From Curvularia clavata (taxonomy: Eukaryota), in contig CP089280.1 in the NCBI GenBank assembly GCA_023920165.1, forward strand, positions 124,001-188,000: a stretch of 64,000 nt of DNA, read 5' to 3'. The translations under genes were made by a program, and so were the position numbers. Positions within the stretch are counted from its first letter, which is position 1, and each line of letters begins with the position of its first letter. This document shows, piece after piece, positions 38,626 through 52,612 of the stretch. The notes under the pieces were generated by a model that made no database searches, was not told where the DNA came from, and saw nothing but the letters and a program-made list of their open reading frames with translations.

Positions 38626-39838
38626 AAAATGAAGTGAGACTACGATTACGAAAAGAGCTTTTTTTCTTTCACTGTCGTTTTGGAGTTTGAGCATTGTGGG
38701 GTTCAGGCATTTGCATGTTTGCATGGGATGCATAATTGACATGAAGAGAGGTCTTACACATGACACAAGGAACAGGCAGCACTTGAGGCGTTGTTTTTTG
38801 CACTAACGAAGCGAGAAAGCATTGCGTGTTTTTTTTTACACTTCTTGTTTTAAAAAATGAGGAGCTTGGTATCGTTCTTGTCCTCATTCTTGTTCTACTT
38901 CTTCTCTATGGGACTTTTTTCAGTCCATACTTGAATCCTATGCGAAGTAGGAATTGTTCTCAGCTAAGTCGTGGCTGGTGCTTGTAGTTTTATATGCAGT
39001 GGTATCCAATGGCGTACGAAGTAGTTGTTTTTGTGTAAATATTTCTTGTGGGCGCATACTATAGGACTCCTTTTTTTTCGAAGACAGCGTTTTTGGGTAG
39101 GCAAGCTGAATAGCAATGCATCTATGTCTTCTGTGTATGACTTTAGTGGAATGCGATGGTTGGTTCTGTTGGGTTTTTGTATGAAGATGTATTGAGAGTA
39201 TCGATATTGCTGAGTAAAACAAATGGGATGGAAATTTTTGATTGAATCGTTTGAATCGATCACTTGAACCGTGTTTGTGGTGCTGTTGACAATATTTTGA
39301 CATCAGTGGTTGTAATTTTTCTTCTTCTCTCTGTGTTGTGATAACCAACTATTTTTTGTTTAAAAAAAAGAAAAAATATCAACACACGACCACAGTACCA
39401 AGGGTACCGAATTTCAATCCTATCACCAGCAACTAGAACGCAAAAGATAATTCCACAAAGTCGAGAAAAAAAATTGTAGTTTTATTAGCTACAAAACGTA
39501 TTATTACAGTCGCTCGGTAAACAAAATAATCATATTGCAACATGTGCATCGCTGATAAACATAAGTCGTGTGTACTGGTATCCTTGTAGAAAACGAAAAA
39601 ACCCCTTTCCTCCCATTCCGTGAGACCGAATCATGACCTGCATCAGCGTCTAGCGCGATGCTTTATCCTATCCCACCCTACCGTACTCAATCCCATACTA
39701 TCCAGTATCATATCGTATCGTGTCATATCATACAAATTTCGGGTGACACCACTCGTGAAGATGATTTTAGCCAAATCAGACAGAGCTCGTGTCTGACCGC
39801 GTGTTCCATGAGGCATCTGAGTAGACTCTGCAGGCATT

Positions 39839-40452
39839 CTAGACCTGAGACATGGCGGGGCCTGGACGGCGAGCGCCACGCAGGTTAGCGCCGCTGCCAC
39901 GGCCGTTCATGAAGTTGATGAGGAGGGTGGCGACGAAAGCGGCCCAGCCGAACCAGAGGAAAGCAGTGGTGGCCTGAGCCTGGCGGCAGTTTTGCTCCGT
40001 GTTTGCGGAGCTGTTGAGGACAGGGTTGGAGTGTGTGTATCGCTGGAGTGAGGTGTTAGATGGAAATGGTCGTGTATGTTGAGCCAAGACTACTTACGCT
40101 GTTGGAGCAGCTGTGGGCACCAATGTACGAGGGGAGTGCGACAGCGGCGCAGAAGCCGAAGATGACGCTTAGAGCATCAAGGGCAATGTCGACAATGGGG
40201 ATGCTGAATTTGTCGATGAAGGAGGTGGGCAGGAAGTAGAGGAGGGTGAAGAGCCACCAGACACCGACGAAGAGCGAGTAGTTGATGATGGAGTGGGTTC
40301 CCGCCCAGGCACGAGCAATGTTGTTACCCATGAAGGCGGTAACGAGAACGGCGCAGATCAGCTGTATTTGGTCAGTGAGGCTCGTCGGGGTCGTGGCTGT
40401 GGATACACACCTGCCAGGCGCGGAGGCCCATGGACAATGCCTTTGAGACCAT
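39839..40452 (-). CDS. NCE102: MARVEL-domain eisosome protein (non-classical export protein 2)
   Basis: MVSKALSMGLRAWQ, intron, TM helices, AAVALPSYIGAHSCSN, intron, CRQAQATTAFLWFGWAAF, ends PGPAMSQV. Confidence 0.9.
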
Positions 40453-43400
40453 GATGGCGGAATGTGTGGAAGAGGCGTGTTTTTGCGTGTAGAGAAACGG
40501 GCCTGTTCAGAGGAGCAGAGGGAGCAGAGCAGCAAATGTAGAGCGTGGCTTGAACGATGAGACTGACCGAGGGTGGTGGGCTGAGAAAATATACCAAGTC
40601 AGTCTTGTGAGCGGGAGGAAGCGGCCCTGCAGCGTCATCGCAGACCCCTACGTCACCTCCACCAAGGGTCCACGCCTTTCCGGAACCGTCGGTACTTACA
40701 CTGCTAGTCTGCGCCGATCACGAACGATCAAAGGGTTGATGAACAGTGTTGTGGTGGAGCAGAGCAGAAGGAAGGAGAATTGTAAAAAAACACCAAATTG
40801 TGTCTTTCTGGTTTCCCAGGCGTCTTTTTATCAGGCGTTGCGTGGTGGTCAGCGTTGCTGTGGTGAGGAAATGCAGGTAAGGACAGGGATGGATTATACG
40901 CGCCATCAGCCACTCGATGACTGCACCGCCGCCCGCGTCTTTCCCCCGAGGCCGCCAGTACACCAATCGACGTAAACCAAGAGCTGCTATGACATGCACG
41001 GGGCGGCCAGACCCTCGACGACTCGACGACCTTGATTGACGACATGTGCGCTGCGATATGTCCATCTTCCCCGGATCGACGTGATCGTCATGGTTACGCA
41101 CAGTCGCTGCAAATCGCCTCTGTTTCCGATCCAACCCGCCTGTCTGGTGAAAAGTCTTGTAGGTGTGCTCTGTTGTTATCGTCATCATCATTCTGCCATG
41201 TTAGTATCAGTGCCGAGTACCAGTAGCATAGTACCAAGTCGGCTGGTACGGATGACTGCTCACGTGATGCTCTACACCCGCTCGTTCCGTTGTTTCATCG
41301 GCCCGCCAGGCCTATCAGACGGCGTGGCGCTTGTTGTCATGGCCTCACATTGTCAACACACAAAGGCACAGGTACATCTTCCATGTCACGTAGACAGTCT
41401 TTGGACAGTGTGTGAATATCTCATTCAACGAAGCCATTTGGCCTTGTTCTATGTGCATGTATGTACAACCCGTATCTGTATTGCAAAGACAAGAGTCTTG
41501 GTCTAGGCGACTTTTAAAGGCTGCTCGTCCAAGCACCCGCCGCCGCCCGAGGGCACGGGGGTGATATGGACGGTTTTTCTCTTCGACTCTGCTTGACAAT
41601 GCACAATAAACAGCGCTGTCTACACCCCTTGGGCCACTAATCAGGCTCCAAGAGAGTGCAATCGTGTCGGTTCTGCCCCCACAACATAGCTGTCGTGGGC
41701 CCATGCTTCCATAGCTTCCATAGAGAATACAGAGAGTGGCATATCCCTGCTCCTTGGTAGCCAATACCAGCCTCCGCCTACCTCTGCATCCGCAAGCCCA
41801 TGTGTGGCTTGTTGTCGTTGTTGCTGTTGGATCGTTTGTGATCTCCGACCTGCCCAATCTGGCAAGCCAACACCGAAAGGGTGGACGCGACGGGGACAGG
41901 TGAATGCAAGAAATGCACAAGACTCGATGCAGAGAGACGCGTTGCTTCTTCAAAGTCCTTGAGGAGCTCGAATCTCGCCCCCTAATCCCATAATCGCGTG
42001 TTTGCCCTGTCAATGTAAATGGCTGTCGTGGCTTTGCTGCCAGACCTGGAGCTATCGTGACAGATACTGGAGAGTCCGAGGGAGTGTCGAGGCCACCAGC
42101 CAGTGATAATGGTACGTACCTACCTCCTGATATCACCGAGTCCATGTCTCTACGATTTTCTCAGCGGTAGAGAACGTAGGGTGGGGGTGGAGTGGGTGTG
42201 GGGAGAGAGGGTTGGTGACTTGGGGTAAGCGCTTCGGCTGCCAGGCAAGTATGGTGATAGCGAAGAGGGCTCCGCACTGCCTCCACGACTCCACCAACAG
42301 CAACCCTCCCAGAATCCACCAAGAGACCAAAGACTTTGCCGCCCTCACGCAATCTTTGCTACCCTCATGTGAAGGTCCCACTCCCTGCTCTTTGTTTCCC
42401 TCCGCTTCCGAGGAAGAACGACTTGCTGATCCATGCCCGCTGCACCCCCAAGTGTGCAGTTAGCTCAAGAGAGCCACCCACCCAGACCACGGCTGCATGA
42501 TTGAATAATGGACACATGGAGAGACGCGTCCTCGTTGGAAAGAATAGCCCTGCGAGCCCTTCTCACCCATCAATCAGAATGGTCGCTGACGCACGCAGAC
42601 CCCGCGAGGCACCATGGCGACTGCATCTGTCTTTGGGACTGTTAGGTATGCACCACGGGAGCCGTTTTCTCGGACTCCAAGGGCTACTCCGCTGAGGAGC
42701 AACGACACTGGATACCTTCGCCCTGGATACCCTCGACAAGACATCGGCGATGCAGCAGGCGCCACATACCCGCAGTCTTGGACAACTACTCGTCAGAAAT
42801 GACCGGGACCACCAGCTATATCGTATTGAATGGTTGCTACACCATAAAGACTTGCTGACAATCTTGAGCATATCCTAGACGCAGCTGTAGATACCGTCCG
42901 TGTCGAACCCAAAATCGCGACGAATCAAACGTCACCACGCCCAGAGGCATCACCACACGTAGAGGTCCATAAAAGGATTGGCAGGGGCAGACATGGCAAG
43001 CATCCCTTGCATCAGTCACATGCACTCTGCGCGTGGCGGCGTAGCTGTACCGAACAGCGAGCGAACTGCGAACACACCCTCGGATAGACACAGAGGCCCA
43101 CCACAGTCCTGGGAGCCGAAAAAGTTGGAATCATCGGGATCGGCTAGTCGTGGGCAACAGGTATACATAGGTGTATACCGTCGTCTGACCGTCTTCGACA
43201 TATGGTGCAATTCGGCCCGGAAAAGTCGACTTGTGTACAGAGCAGCGCGTGCCCAAACATTGATCAAACCACTCCCGCCCGAGGAGCTTGTCAGTGGGCT
43301 CTCACGAGACATGACATTCGTTGACGTACTTTGTGCAATCAGCTACCCGCTCTTCCAGCCTACCTTTTTGCGTCATAGCAAAGCATGATCGAGAGATGTC

Positions 43401-46400
43401 TTCTGACTCCCCCCACCTCCCTTTGCGAGAGAGGGGCTCTTGGTGAGATGACGGCCATTTAAAGAAGCGGGCGCGTCTTTGACTGGGGCAGCTCACGGAG
43501 CTTGGCTGCCCTTAATAATACCAACGCTATGCAGGCAAAATGCGGGGTTGGCAGCCGCCAATATGCAAAACCGAACAGAGGGAATCCCGTCTAGCAGCTG
43601 TCGTATTGGGTGTGCTCGGGCACCGGCACAAGACGCATTGTAGCACCCTGTCAGTTTGCAGAGGGTGGTGGAGAAGACCCAACTATTATCCAAGAGCATC
43701 GGCAGCATCGTTCGCGACTAGTCTCAGGAACGCCTGCTGTACAGCCGTCAACTGTGATACGTACATCAAACACGACGACGAATAGGAGGCTGCCCAGGAG
43801 CTGCACAGAAGCGCCCACAGGATCATCCCATCGAGCGGGGCATGCCGCAGGTGCGTCAAGCAGCTAACGAGCTTGCCTTGTCCGCATTGTCGTAGAGGTA
43901 GTAGAGGCGCGTGACTCGGTGACACTTTAGGGCTCAAACTGTCAGTAGTGCTACCCAAGCTTCGCACCCGCGGAATGGTAGCGTCGACGAGGATGGGCAG
44001 TGATTGACGGCGCTGGAAGCCAAGTAGGATGGCGTGCAACAGGGCATGAAGCCTCTGAAAGAGATGGACTGATGGAATGGATGAGTTCCGACGGGCCCGA
44101 CCGAGTCCAGACGGGTCAAATGAGGGGTTCGTCGACGTGACCCCTGGAGGCGCATGGTCGATCAGCAGCTGGACCGGCGGCAGCAAAGGCAAAGAGAAGA
44201 GAGGCTCCCTGGGCTCTAACGAGAGCTGAGGTAGGGCGTGTCTGTTGAAAGGGTTGCTACTGTAAGTAAGAGGGGTTGACAGGACCGATGATTTGACGCG
44301 TCGGGCCCTGTCCAGCGAGCTTCGCTACCCCCCAACAGCACAGCAATTTGCACCCGTTCGCCTGAAGCACGCACGGCTAGCCCTAGTCGACTTAGCCGTC
44401 TCCGCATTTTCCTGCGCAACGACCCTACAGAAGCCCCTGACCCTTGGCCAGGCGTGAGGGCTGCAGAAGCCTCAAAGGCGTTGCATGTCTGCTGCGTGTC
44501 TCTACGTCTCCGCTGGTTTCCTTGTAATGACGGTCCTGCCTCCACTTATCTATCCCGTCCCACTGGCAACTGTCCTCGCACTCTTCTGACATTTGCAAGC
44601 AAGCTTGTCGTCGCGTGTGCTGACCGTGTGCTCTTTGGTTTTCCCCCCCTCCCTCCCCTGATCTGACAAAGGCGCGCGCGCGGAACTGCAGGGTGTGGTC
44701 TGCTTCCCAACGTTTCGAACGATCGCCAAGACGAAACACTGTTGGCCGTGGGTTCTGGCCTGTGTGGAAGCTGTCCTCCTCTTCTCCATCATCCTCCTCT
44801 TTGTCGTCCGGGGCACAGGGCGACATGTGTTTGCTCTAGGAAACTGCGCACGCATCCCTCCTACACATCAGTCGGCCTTGATTTGCGGGATAGCCTGGGC
44901 TTAGCAGCGTGGCGCTTCCCCACCTTCTCTGGACTGGACCCGAAGCCCTCTCGCCGATCCTAGGGCGCGTATGATCTCATGCAACAACTGATGCCATAGT
45001 GTATCGTGTTCGTGTTCGATATCTTCAAACAAGAAAGATTAGGGATAGACTGGTTCAAGAATTTGGCGCTTGGTTTGCGTACGTTTTGAGGTATGTGGTC
45101 TTCGGGGTTCCGCAACGTCTGCGGCGGCGGCAGCGGCAGCGGCTTGTCCACGTTCAGAAGCTAACATCTGGTCATAGTTAAGTTCCAAATCGGTTTGTTT
45201 TATTAGAGTTGTTGTGGGATAGAGCTTGCCCGGTACGTACCCCATGCTGAGCACGTCGTTGTGATGTCCGGCAGCCTGTGCCAGAGACAGGTTCCGGTCA
45301 ACGTGTGCTTGGCTGTTCTGGATGTGTACCAAGTCGTCAGTTGCTAACTCGCTGAGATAGGATATACCGCTCTTTCTTCTGATAGATCTGCTTTGGGCAT
45401 CGAGCTCGCACCACGTAATTCTTTTAGACATTCCTGTTAACTAGGTAAGCAAGACGCTTCTCTTTCCCACTCTCTGGTTGTTCCTTTCCTGTCTCTCGGT
45501 CTTCCACAGTCGTCCTTTCAGTTGTCTCGTCTTTTCCGCCTTGTTGCCCATGTTTCTTTTTCCTTGTCCGGCGGTGAGGCTGGGGGTTGGAGGGGGTGGA
45601 GGAGCGAGGTGGTGTTGGCGTGGGCGGAGGTGAGGCAGCAGACAAGCCGCCCACACCAGGTCCTCGACGGCTGTCCACGCCCCCGCAAACATGCTGGCAC
45701 GCATCACGGCTGCTTGTCCGCCTCGAGACAGACGCTGGCAGCTTGTTCACGGAGTCTGGAGGGTTTGCATCGAGTTGTGTGGGTGAGGCCTTTGTGTGTT
45801 GTGCTGGCAGTCTCCTGAGCATGGCTACTTTGGACCGCAGCATACCCTCAATGTCACCAGCAGAATTGTCACGAGCAAGCAAAGCATTTCCTATGTCGTC
45901 CTTCTCTTGTCTCTGCGTATCAGTCCATGAGCCCCCCTTGAGCACTACTAAGACGCCAGTGCATGACAGTAATCTCTAAAGCCCTTCACCACAAGGCTCC
46001 TCCCTCCTGCCCCGAGTATCGTCGACGCTCCTTCTCCTACAAACGTTCACAGCCGACCACCGACCCACCAGTCACAGCAAATCAGCGCCCGCCCACGGAC
46101 CCCTCTCGCCAGCTCTTCTGCCTCCCTCCTGCCTTAAATCCCTCTCCTCTCCTCTCCTCTCCTCCACCCCACTCAACTCCACTCCACCTTCCCACACTTA
46201 TATCCATCCACCCCTTCCTTGCTCTACACTGCCCTCCACCTGCAACCACCGCCATTGTGGCGCCCGGCCCTTGTCAAGCAGCAGCACAGCACCATTGGCC
46301 TCCCTGCTCAGCGGCGTTGCAACGAACAATAGTTGCCTCCTAGACCAAGTAAGTCCTCAGCTAGTTACCGGCTCGTGTGCTGAACCACGTGCCGCCACTG

Positions 46401-46881
46401 GCCGTCACTGCCATTGCTGCTGGCAGTCCATGGCTCACACTGACACGCAGTCACAGATTATCAAGAAGCACTGCCAGCTTCTACTCCAAGACCTTGCACC
46501 CGTGCTGCTGTCAGGTACTTCACTAGCAGCTGCACGCGTGCCCGCTACACACCTACCCACCCCTAGATATTATAATATCGACACTCACAGTCTGGGTATG
46601 TACAGCATGCTAATGCCGCCTCCCCCCCTTTGACCGTCTATGCTAACTATGAGGCGCGTGCCGTTGCAGGTACCTATATCTTCTACACAAACCCTCTTAC
46701 ACATCCCGCCAAGAGGTACAGCACTTAGACGGTTGACCTTGTGCATTTTCTTTACAAGAAAACGTACAGATAGACCGTCAGCTGGCCACTGTTTACCTCT
46801 CCTAGACATCAAGGTATGTCTACTCTGTCTGCTCCAGGCGTTGGTCAACAGCTAACTTTTCCTAGATCAAGACCAACAAAC

Positions 46882-49653
46882 ATGAGTTCCAACACATTCA
46901 AGGGCGGATTGGCCGTTGGTGGCCCCGCTCTGGACAAGTCCAAGTTGCAGTTACGGCGCCCGACACCCGACAGTGACGTCTTGGCATCCAGCGACGACGA
47001 CCGTGAGCACGTGGCTCCGCCCGTCACCCGTCAAGCCCCTGCTGCCTACCCTGGTGGCCGACGTCAATCTTCTGGCTGGCTGCAGGACATTACACCAAAC
47101 CGCAAATTCTCGTTTACCCAAACCTCCATCGCAGGATCCCTGCCCACCACGCCACTGCTCGAATTGCCCCAGCAATCGCGCCCTGCCACTTCTGCATTCC
47201 CTTGGAACACGCCTAGCTTCACTACTACTTCAAACAGCCGCCTCAAAGAGGTTGCTCCTTCGCCTACTTCGGCGTACCCTCCTAGTGAGAAGCCTCTTCC
47301 TTCTCCCACTTCACACGAGGCCGACGACGGCATCGGTTTTCTTCTCAACCAGCAGGCCGCAAACCCATTCCGCAAGGCGGTGCGATCGCAATCCTATAGC
47401 ATAGGACAAGGCGATATTGAGCACAGTCCCATTGGTCGTTTCTCCCGTCAAGCCACTGGCACTAACCTCCGCCACCGGCCTTCCAAGCCCAGTCTTCTTG
47501 GTGAGTCCGCCGTCGGTCTTTCGCAGCTGCGTGAAGACGAGGTAGACGACAAACAGTCGTCCAACGGATCCAACAACGGCGTGCCCCTGCCTGTCGGATA
47601 CTGGGAGCGTGAACAGACCCAAGCTTTGCTCAAGCAAGCTGCCATGGAGAACGCACGTGCGCGTAGCCAGGCTACCGCCACGGGCTCTTCTGGCCTACAG
47701 TTGCAGCAGCAGCGCCGCAAGACTACAGCTGGTCTGCGCAACACCGGATACAACAACACAGCCGAATATGCCATCGAGGAGCTTGAGGACGTCGACCCTT
47801 CTCTGAACGTCCCTGCCCCAGGACTCACCCGCCGCTTCAGCGAGCACGTCTCACTTCTCAAACGTGACCACGAGGCTGAGCTTGTCGACAGCCAGCAGAA
47901 CCAGCAGTGGGCCACTGGCAACATTTCCCCTGCCGAGGCAGACCTCGCTCGTCGTCACTCATTTGCCCACTATGGAAGTTACAACTCTACCATGCCACTC
48001 TCCACGCTGAGCAACACTCAGGAAGAGGAGGAAGAGTCCATGTCGCCTCGACAGACTTCTCCCAACGTCGAGGAGGCATATGATCCTCTGTCCTACTTCA
48101 CTGGCTACGGTCCAGCATCTCGTGCCATCAACTCGTCGGCCATTTCGGCAGCTCACCCTGATCCGATCATCCCTAACACGGCCATGGGCGCTATTCGTCC
48201 CTATGCACCTCACAATCCTTATGGACGCCGTCGCTGGTTTGTCTTGACCTTCAAGTGCTCTCGTGCCGAGATCTACTTCATCAATGAGGGTACGGGTCTC
48301 GAGATTCGCTGCGGCGACCTTGTCATTACCGAAGGCGACCGTGGTGTCGACCTTGGCCAAGTCACGCATGCTGACGTCTCTCTCGAAGAAGCCAGGAAGT
48401 TCAAGGCAGAGATCAACGAAGAGCACTTCCGTTGGCTCGTCATGTTCTCACAGTATTCCTTGGCCGGCACCCAAAACGATTCGGGAATGCTTGGTGCTCT
48501 TGCCCGTGCGAATGGATTTCCCAATCCTATGAGCCGCATGGGACCTGGAAGCTCCCAGGATATTGAGGTCTCCAAGATCAAGCCGATTAAGCGTCTGGCC
48601 CTAGAGCACGAGATCATGGCACTGCGCGAGAAGGAGGGCGCTGAAGCCAAGGCCAAGCGGATTTGCGCACAAAAGGCTGCTGACCATAAGCTGCCTATGG
48701 AAATCCTCGATGCTGAGTATCAGGCGTAAGTAACAACAAACCCGAGTTTGATTTCGTTCACTAACATTGTTCAGGGATTACCACAAGCTCACGTACTACT
48801 ACTATGCTGAGTCGTATGTCAACTTCAACGACCTGGTCACCGACCTTTTCAAGCAGTACAAGGTCCGCATCTGGATGTCTGCCGTCAACCCTGCATCCGT
48901 CGTAAACCCAGCAGGCATGTCCCAGGTTCCGCCGCCCTCTGCCATTGGCCCTGGTGCGATCCTGAATCCGAGCACGCACGCTCCCCTTACTGTCGGACCC
49001 GGCTTCGGCAGCCGCCGTACCCAGCAATATGGTAAGTCTATTGCCTCCTTGTGTCAAGTTTATCAGTTTGCTAATTGTGAACAGGTCGCCGCAATCAAGG
49101 TGCATACACCACCAACGTCGATGACGGCTTCCACGCTTTCTCTCACCAGATCCCCGGCTATCAACCCCAGCCTCAGTACGGCATGCGTCCCTGGGCTCCT
49201 GGTCAACAGATGGCCCCTCATGCTCAACAGATGGTACCCCAGCAGATGGCCCCTCCGATGTATCAGACCTTCTATCCCCCCGTGACTGCAAGTGGCACCC
49301 CGATGAACTACCCAGGCCAAGGCTTCTATACGCCAACAAGCTTCACGTCGTATCGCCAGAACTATGTTGTTCCGACCACCACAGCCGGATATGCTGGGTC
49401 CCGCAATCATACATCTGATGCCGGCCCTTCTTTCGGTGTCCAAGTCCCGACCTCTTATGGCGGTAATGTTCCATATACTTCGGGCCCCGCTCAGTCCAAC
49501 ACCGGCGGCTACTACGGTGCATCTGCAGGACAGGCTAACGGCACCTCTGGCGCTTATTCAGCTGGTGGTGCCCACACGGCGACCACTGCACCTCAGAACG
49601 GCTTCAACCCTGCCTTGATGAATGCTATGCAGCACATGAACCTCGGCAACTAG
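46882..49653 (+). CDS. PSP1 C-terminal domain protein
   Basis: FKCSRAEIYF, GDLVITEGDRGVDLGQV, KEGAEAKAKRIC, MEILDAEYQ, intron, DYHKLTYYYYAESYVNFNDLVTDLFKQYKVRIWMSAVNP; second intron ~49032-49084. Confidence 0.88.
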
Positions 49654-50132
49654 ATTTTCTCATTCCGTGGCACGCTGGAGACTACTTCAAGCTTCAAGCT
49701 CATCTAATCAAGCTGATCTTGTTGGCTGTCACGGCAATCTACTACCTTTCTTTCCATGAATGGTCGAGCGTGCGATCAGCTCCAAGTCGACCACATTTCA
49801 TGGCACCCTTCCATACCTTGCTTTCTTTCGGTACCATGTTTCAGTACTTATTTACCCCTACACGACTGCTTGATGATGGATGGTACATCTCTTTACATCG
49901 TCCACTCCTCTAGTAACGATGGCAACGGCCGCAAAAATACCGGAGAGCATGCGAGCTTGTTTTCGATCTTCTTCCCCCTTTCGTGTCTTTTCTTCTCTTC
50001 TGCGTATCTCTTAACCCCCTTTCAAAGTACCCTTTCAAAAAAAGATTCCCCGATGTAGTTTCTTGCCCAATTGACGGTTTTTCACAAGTTATATTCATGA
50101 CGGCTAGATGGGCCCTCATATATCCCCCAGTT

Positions 50133-50216
50133 TTCCATTCCCCATTTTCCCATTCCCCATTTCACATTTCACATTTCACATTCCCCATTGCACATTCCTC
50201 ACTTCCCATCCCCCAT
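50133..50216. repeat. Degenerate heptamer tract (CCCATTT/CACATTT-like)
   Basis: ttttccattccccattttcccattccccatttcacatttcacatttcacattccccattgcacatt. Confidence 0.7.
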
Positions 50217-50511
50217 GTATTGTAGCTATGGGCCCATAGGGCCAAAAAAATAATAAAGCTTCTGGCACCAAATATGCGCTTCCATGTTGCTTCATGATTC
50301 GTTGTTTAATATTGGCCGTTGTGGCCAGCTTGCATGTCCATCAGTGAACTGAGTGCAGCAGACGACGTAAGCCAACCACCTTAGTAGATCGCTCATTCAG
50401 TCAGCCTACTGTCTTGTTCGCCACCTCGCCTCTGTTTGCTGATACAAGGTCTCAAATATGACGGGCCGGCACGCTGCACCACTTGCTAAGAACGCTATAG
50501 TGCGTTGACAA

Positions 50512-51305
50512 GTGACAGATATTTGGAACGACGGGTTCCCAACAAGATTGGAAGCCAATCAAAATTCAGACTGTGCGTGCGATATTCTACCAGCTGACTT
50601 CCCACAGTCAGGTGCTTGCACTTGGTCCTGTTCTAGAAGGTTTAAGGCGACAGAAAAGCATTGCGGCAGTTCTGTGCAACTGTTGATGCCGACAAGGTCA
50701 AGGTCAAAGATTGATTGCATAATGGAGGTGAAAGACGTAGGTTTTGTGGGAAACGTTGTTTCGAGAAAGATGACCAAGCCGGAGATGATGATTAGGTCTA
50801 GAGTAAAACGAAGCAGAGGCACCAGAAGAACAAGCTAGTTCCAGAAATGCTGGAAGCCCAGATGACTTTAAACTGCCGTCCATAGGGGAAGGAGAATATA
50901 TTCACAGAAATGATAACTGCAAGCAATGCTGTACACACAGCCATCATCGACGTCGTAGTGCTTCGGAGCGTTTGGCTAGCGAGAACAAGCGACAGAGAGC
51001 GTCATCCCGAAACTTCGAAAGGAGCAAATTTATTTCTTGCACAGGCGTGGAAGCAGGACGTCAAGGAGACTGGGAAACAGCTTAGACTAGGAGCGGGCGT
51101 GGCTCGGAGAAATGTAGAAAAGGTGCTGGATGCTGAACTGGCGAGTGGTGATACAGCAGTAGTGACAGACGAAGAGGGAGCCGTGCATGTCCATGGACGC
51201 AAAGAGACGCAGCTGCTATGTGAATCCCAACAGAAACTGTTATTTGCAGAGAGGGGCTTCGAGGGCACGATCAAAGGCTTTTGGTGGATCAGGGTCACTA
51301 GGTAG
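50512..51305 (+). pseudogene. Possible degenerate gene remnant
   Basis: Protein-like segments in broken frames (TDIWNDGFPTRLEANQ; DVVVLRSVWLARTSDRERHPETSKGANLFLAQAWKQDVKETGK...FAERG) without a coherent start or splice model. Confidence 0.35.
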
Positions 51306-51703
51306 ATTTGGCACCTGATGGCAGGCAGGTCACGCAAGAGGCTATTGCTAGGGCATTTGTTGGGCGGGAAACCTTCACATCACTCCGGAGAGAGCCCTCT
51401 CATAAGCACTCGGTATGCAGGCTTCCTGTGGGACCTGTTCGGACCGCAATGAACGCGAAATTAATTGCCCTGGCTTCTTCGCTACGCCCCGTTGTTCTGT
51501 TCTTCGACAGCCCACCAGCGCCAGACGTAGTGGGCTTAGCGTTTGTGCACAGACCACCCCACACATTACGCGAAATATCGGTGGTGTTCATCTTTTCCGA
51601 CACCTCCAGCACGACAGCGTCGACAATCTACTAACCAACAGTCAAGGTACGTCCACCCGCTATTTTCTGTATCGTGGAAGACTGAATACTGACATTGCCA
51701 CAG

Positions 51704-52612
51704 ATGGGTGCCCTCAAGTGTAAGCGCATGCCGAAGCCCGCAATGCCACGCCCGCAGCTAATCCGCCGTAGATGTCGAAGAACTTCAGAAGAAGAAGCAG
51801 TCGGATATGATGCGCTTCTTGATGCGCGTTCGCGTACGTATAGACGATTGAGCTGGAAATTGAACTCTGCTAACGTTTGACAGTGCTGGGAGGTATGAGC
51901 AACATTTCCCCGAGACTGCCCGTCTCAAATTGGTGTACTCGTTGAACTTTGCTGAGAGTGCATCGATAGCTTCGCCAACTTAAGGTCATCCACCGCGCCA
52001 GCCGCCCCTCGCGCCCCGACAAGGCCCGCCGCCTTGGATACAAGGCCAAGCAGGGCTACGTTATCTACCGCATCCGCGTCCGCCGTGGAGGTCGCAAGAG
52101 GCCCGCTCCCAAGTACGTAACCACTGACAGCCAATGCATTGAGTGTATAGGAACATAGCTAATATGAATTTGTAGGGGTGCCACCTACGGTATGCTTCGA
52201 GAGTCGAAAATTTTCACAAAGAGCAGCAACTAATGAAGCTACAGGCAAGCCCACCAACCAGGGTATCAACCAGCTCAAGTACCAGCGCTCTCTCAAGTCT
52301 ACCGCCGAGGAGCGTGTCGGCCGCCGCTGCGCCAACCTGCGCGTCCTCAACTCCTACTGGATCAACCAGGATTCGACCTACAAGTACTACGAGGTCATCC
52401 TCGTCGACCCCCAGCACAAGGCCATCCGCCGCGATCCCCGCATCAACTGGATCGTCAAGCCCGTCCACAAGCACCGCGAGAGCCGCGGTCTCACCGCCAC
52501 TGGCAAGAAGAGCCGTGGTCTTGGCCGTGGACACAAGTTCAACCACACCTCTGCCGGCAGGAGGAAGACCTGGAAGAGGCACAACACCCTCTCTCTCTGG
52601 CGCTACCGCTAA
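51704..52612 (+). CDS. RPL15: 60S ribosomal protein eL15, six coding exons
   Basis: [58 protein letters not shown]...PKGATYGKPTNQG...[21 protein letters not shown]...LSLWRYR after removing introns. Confidence 0.97.
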
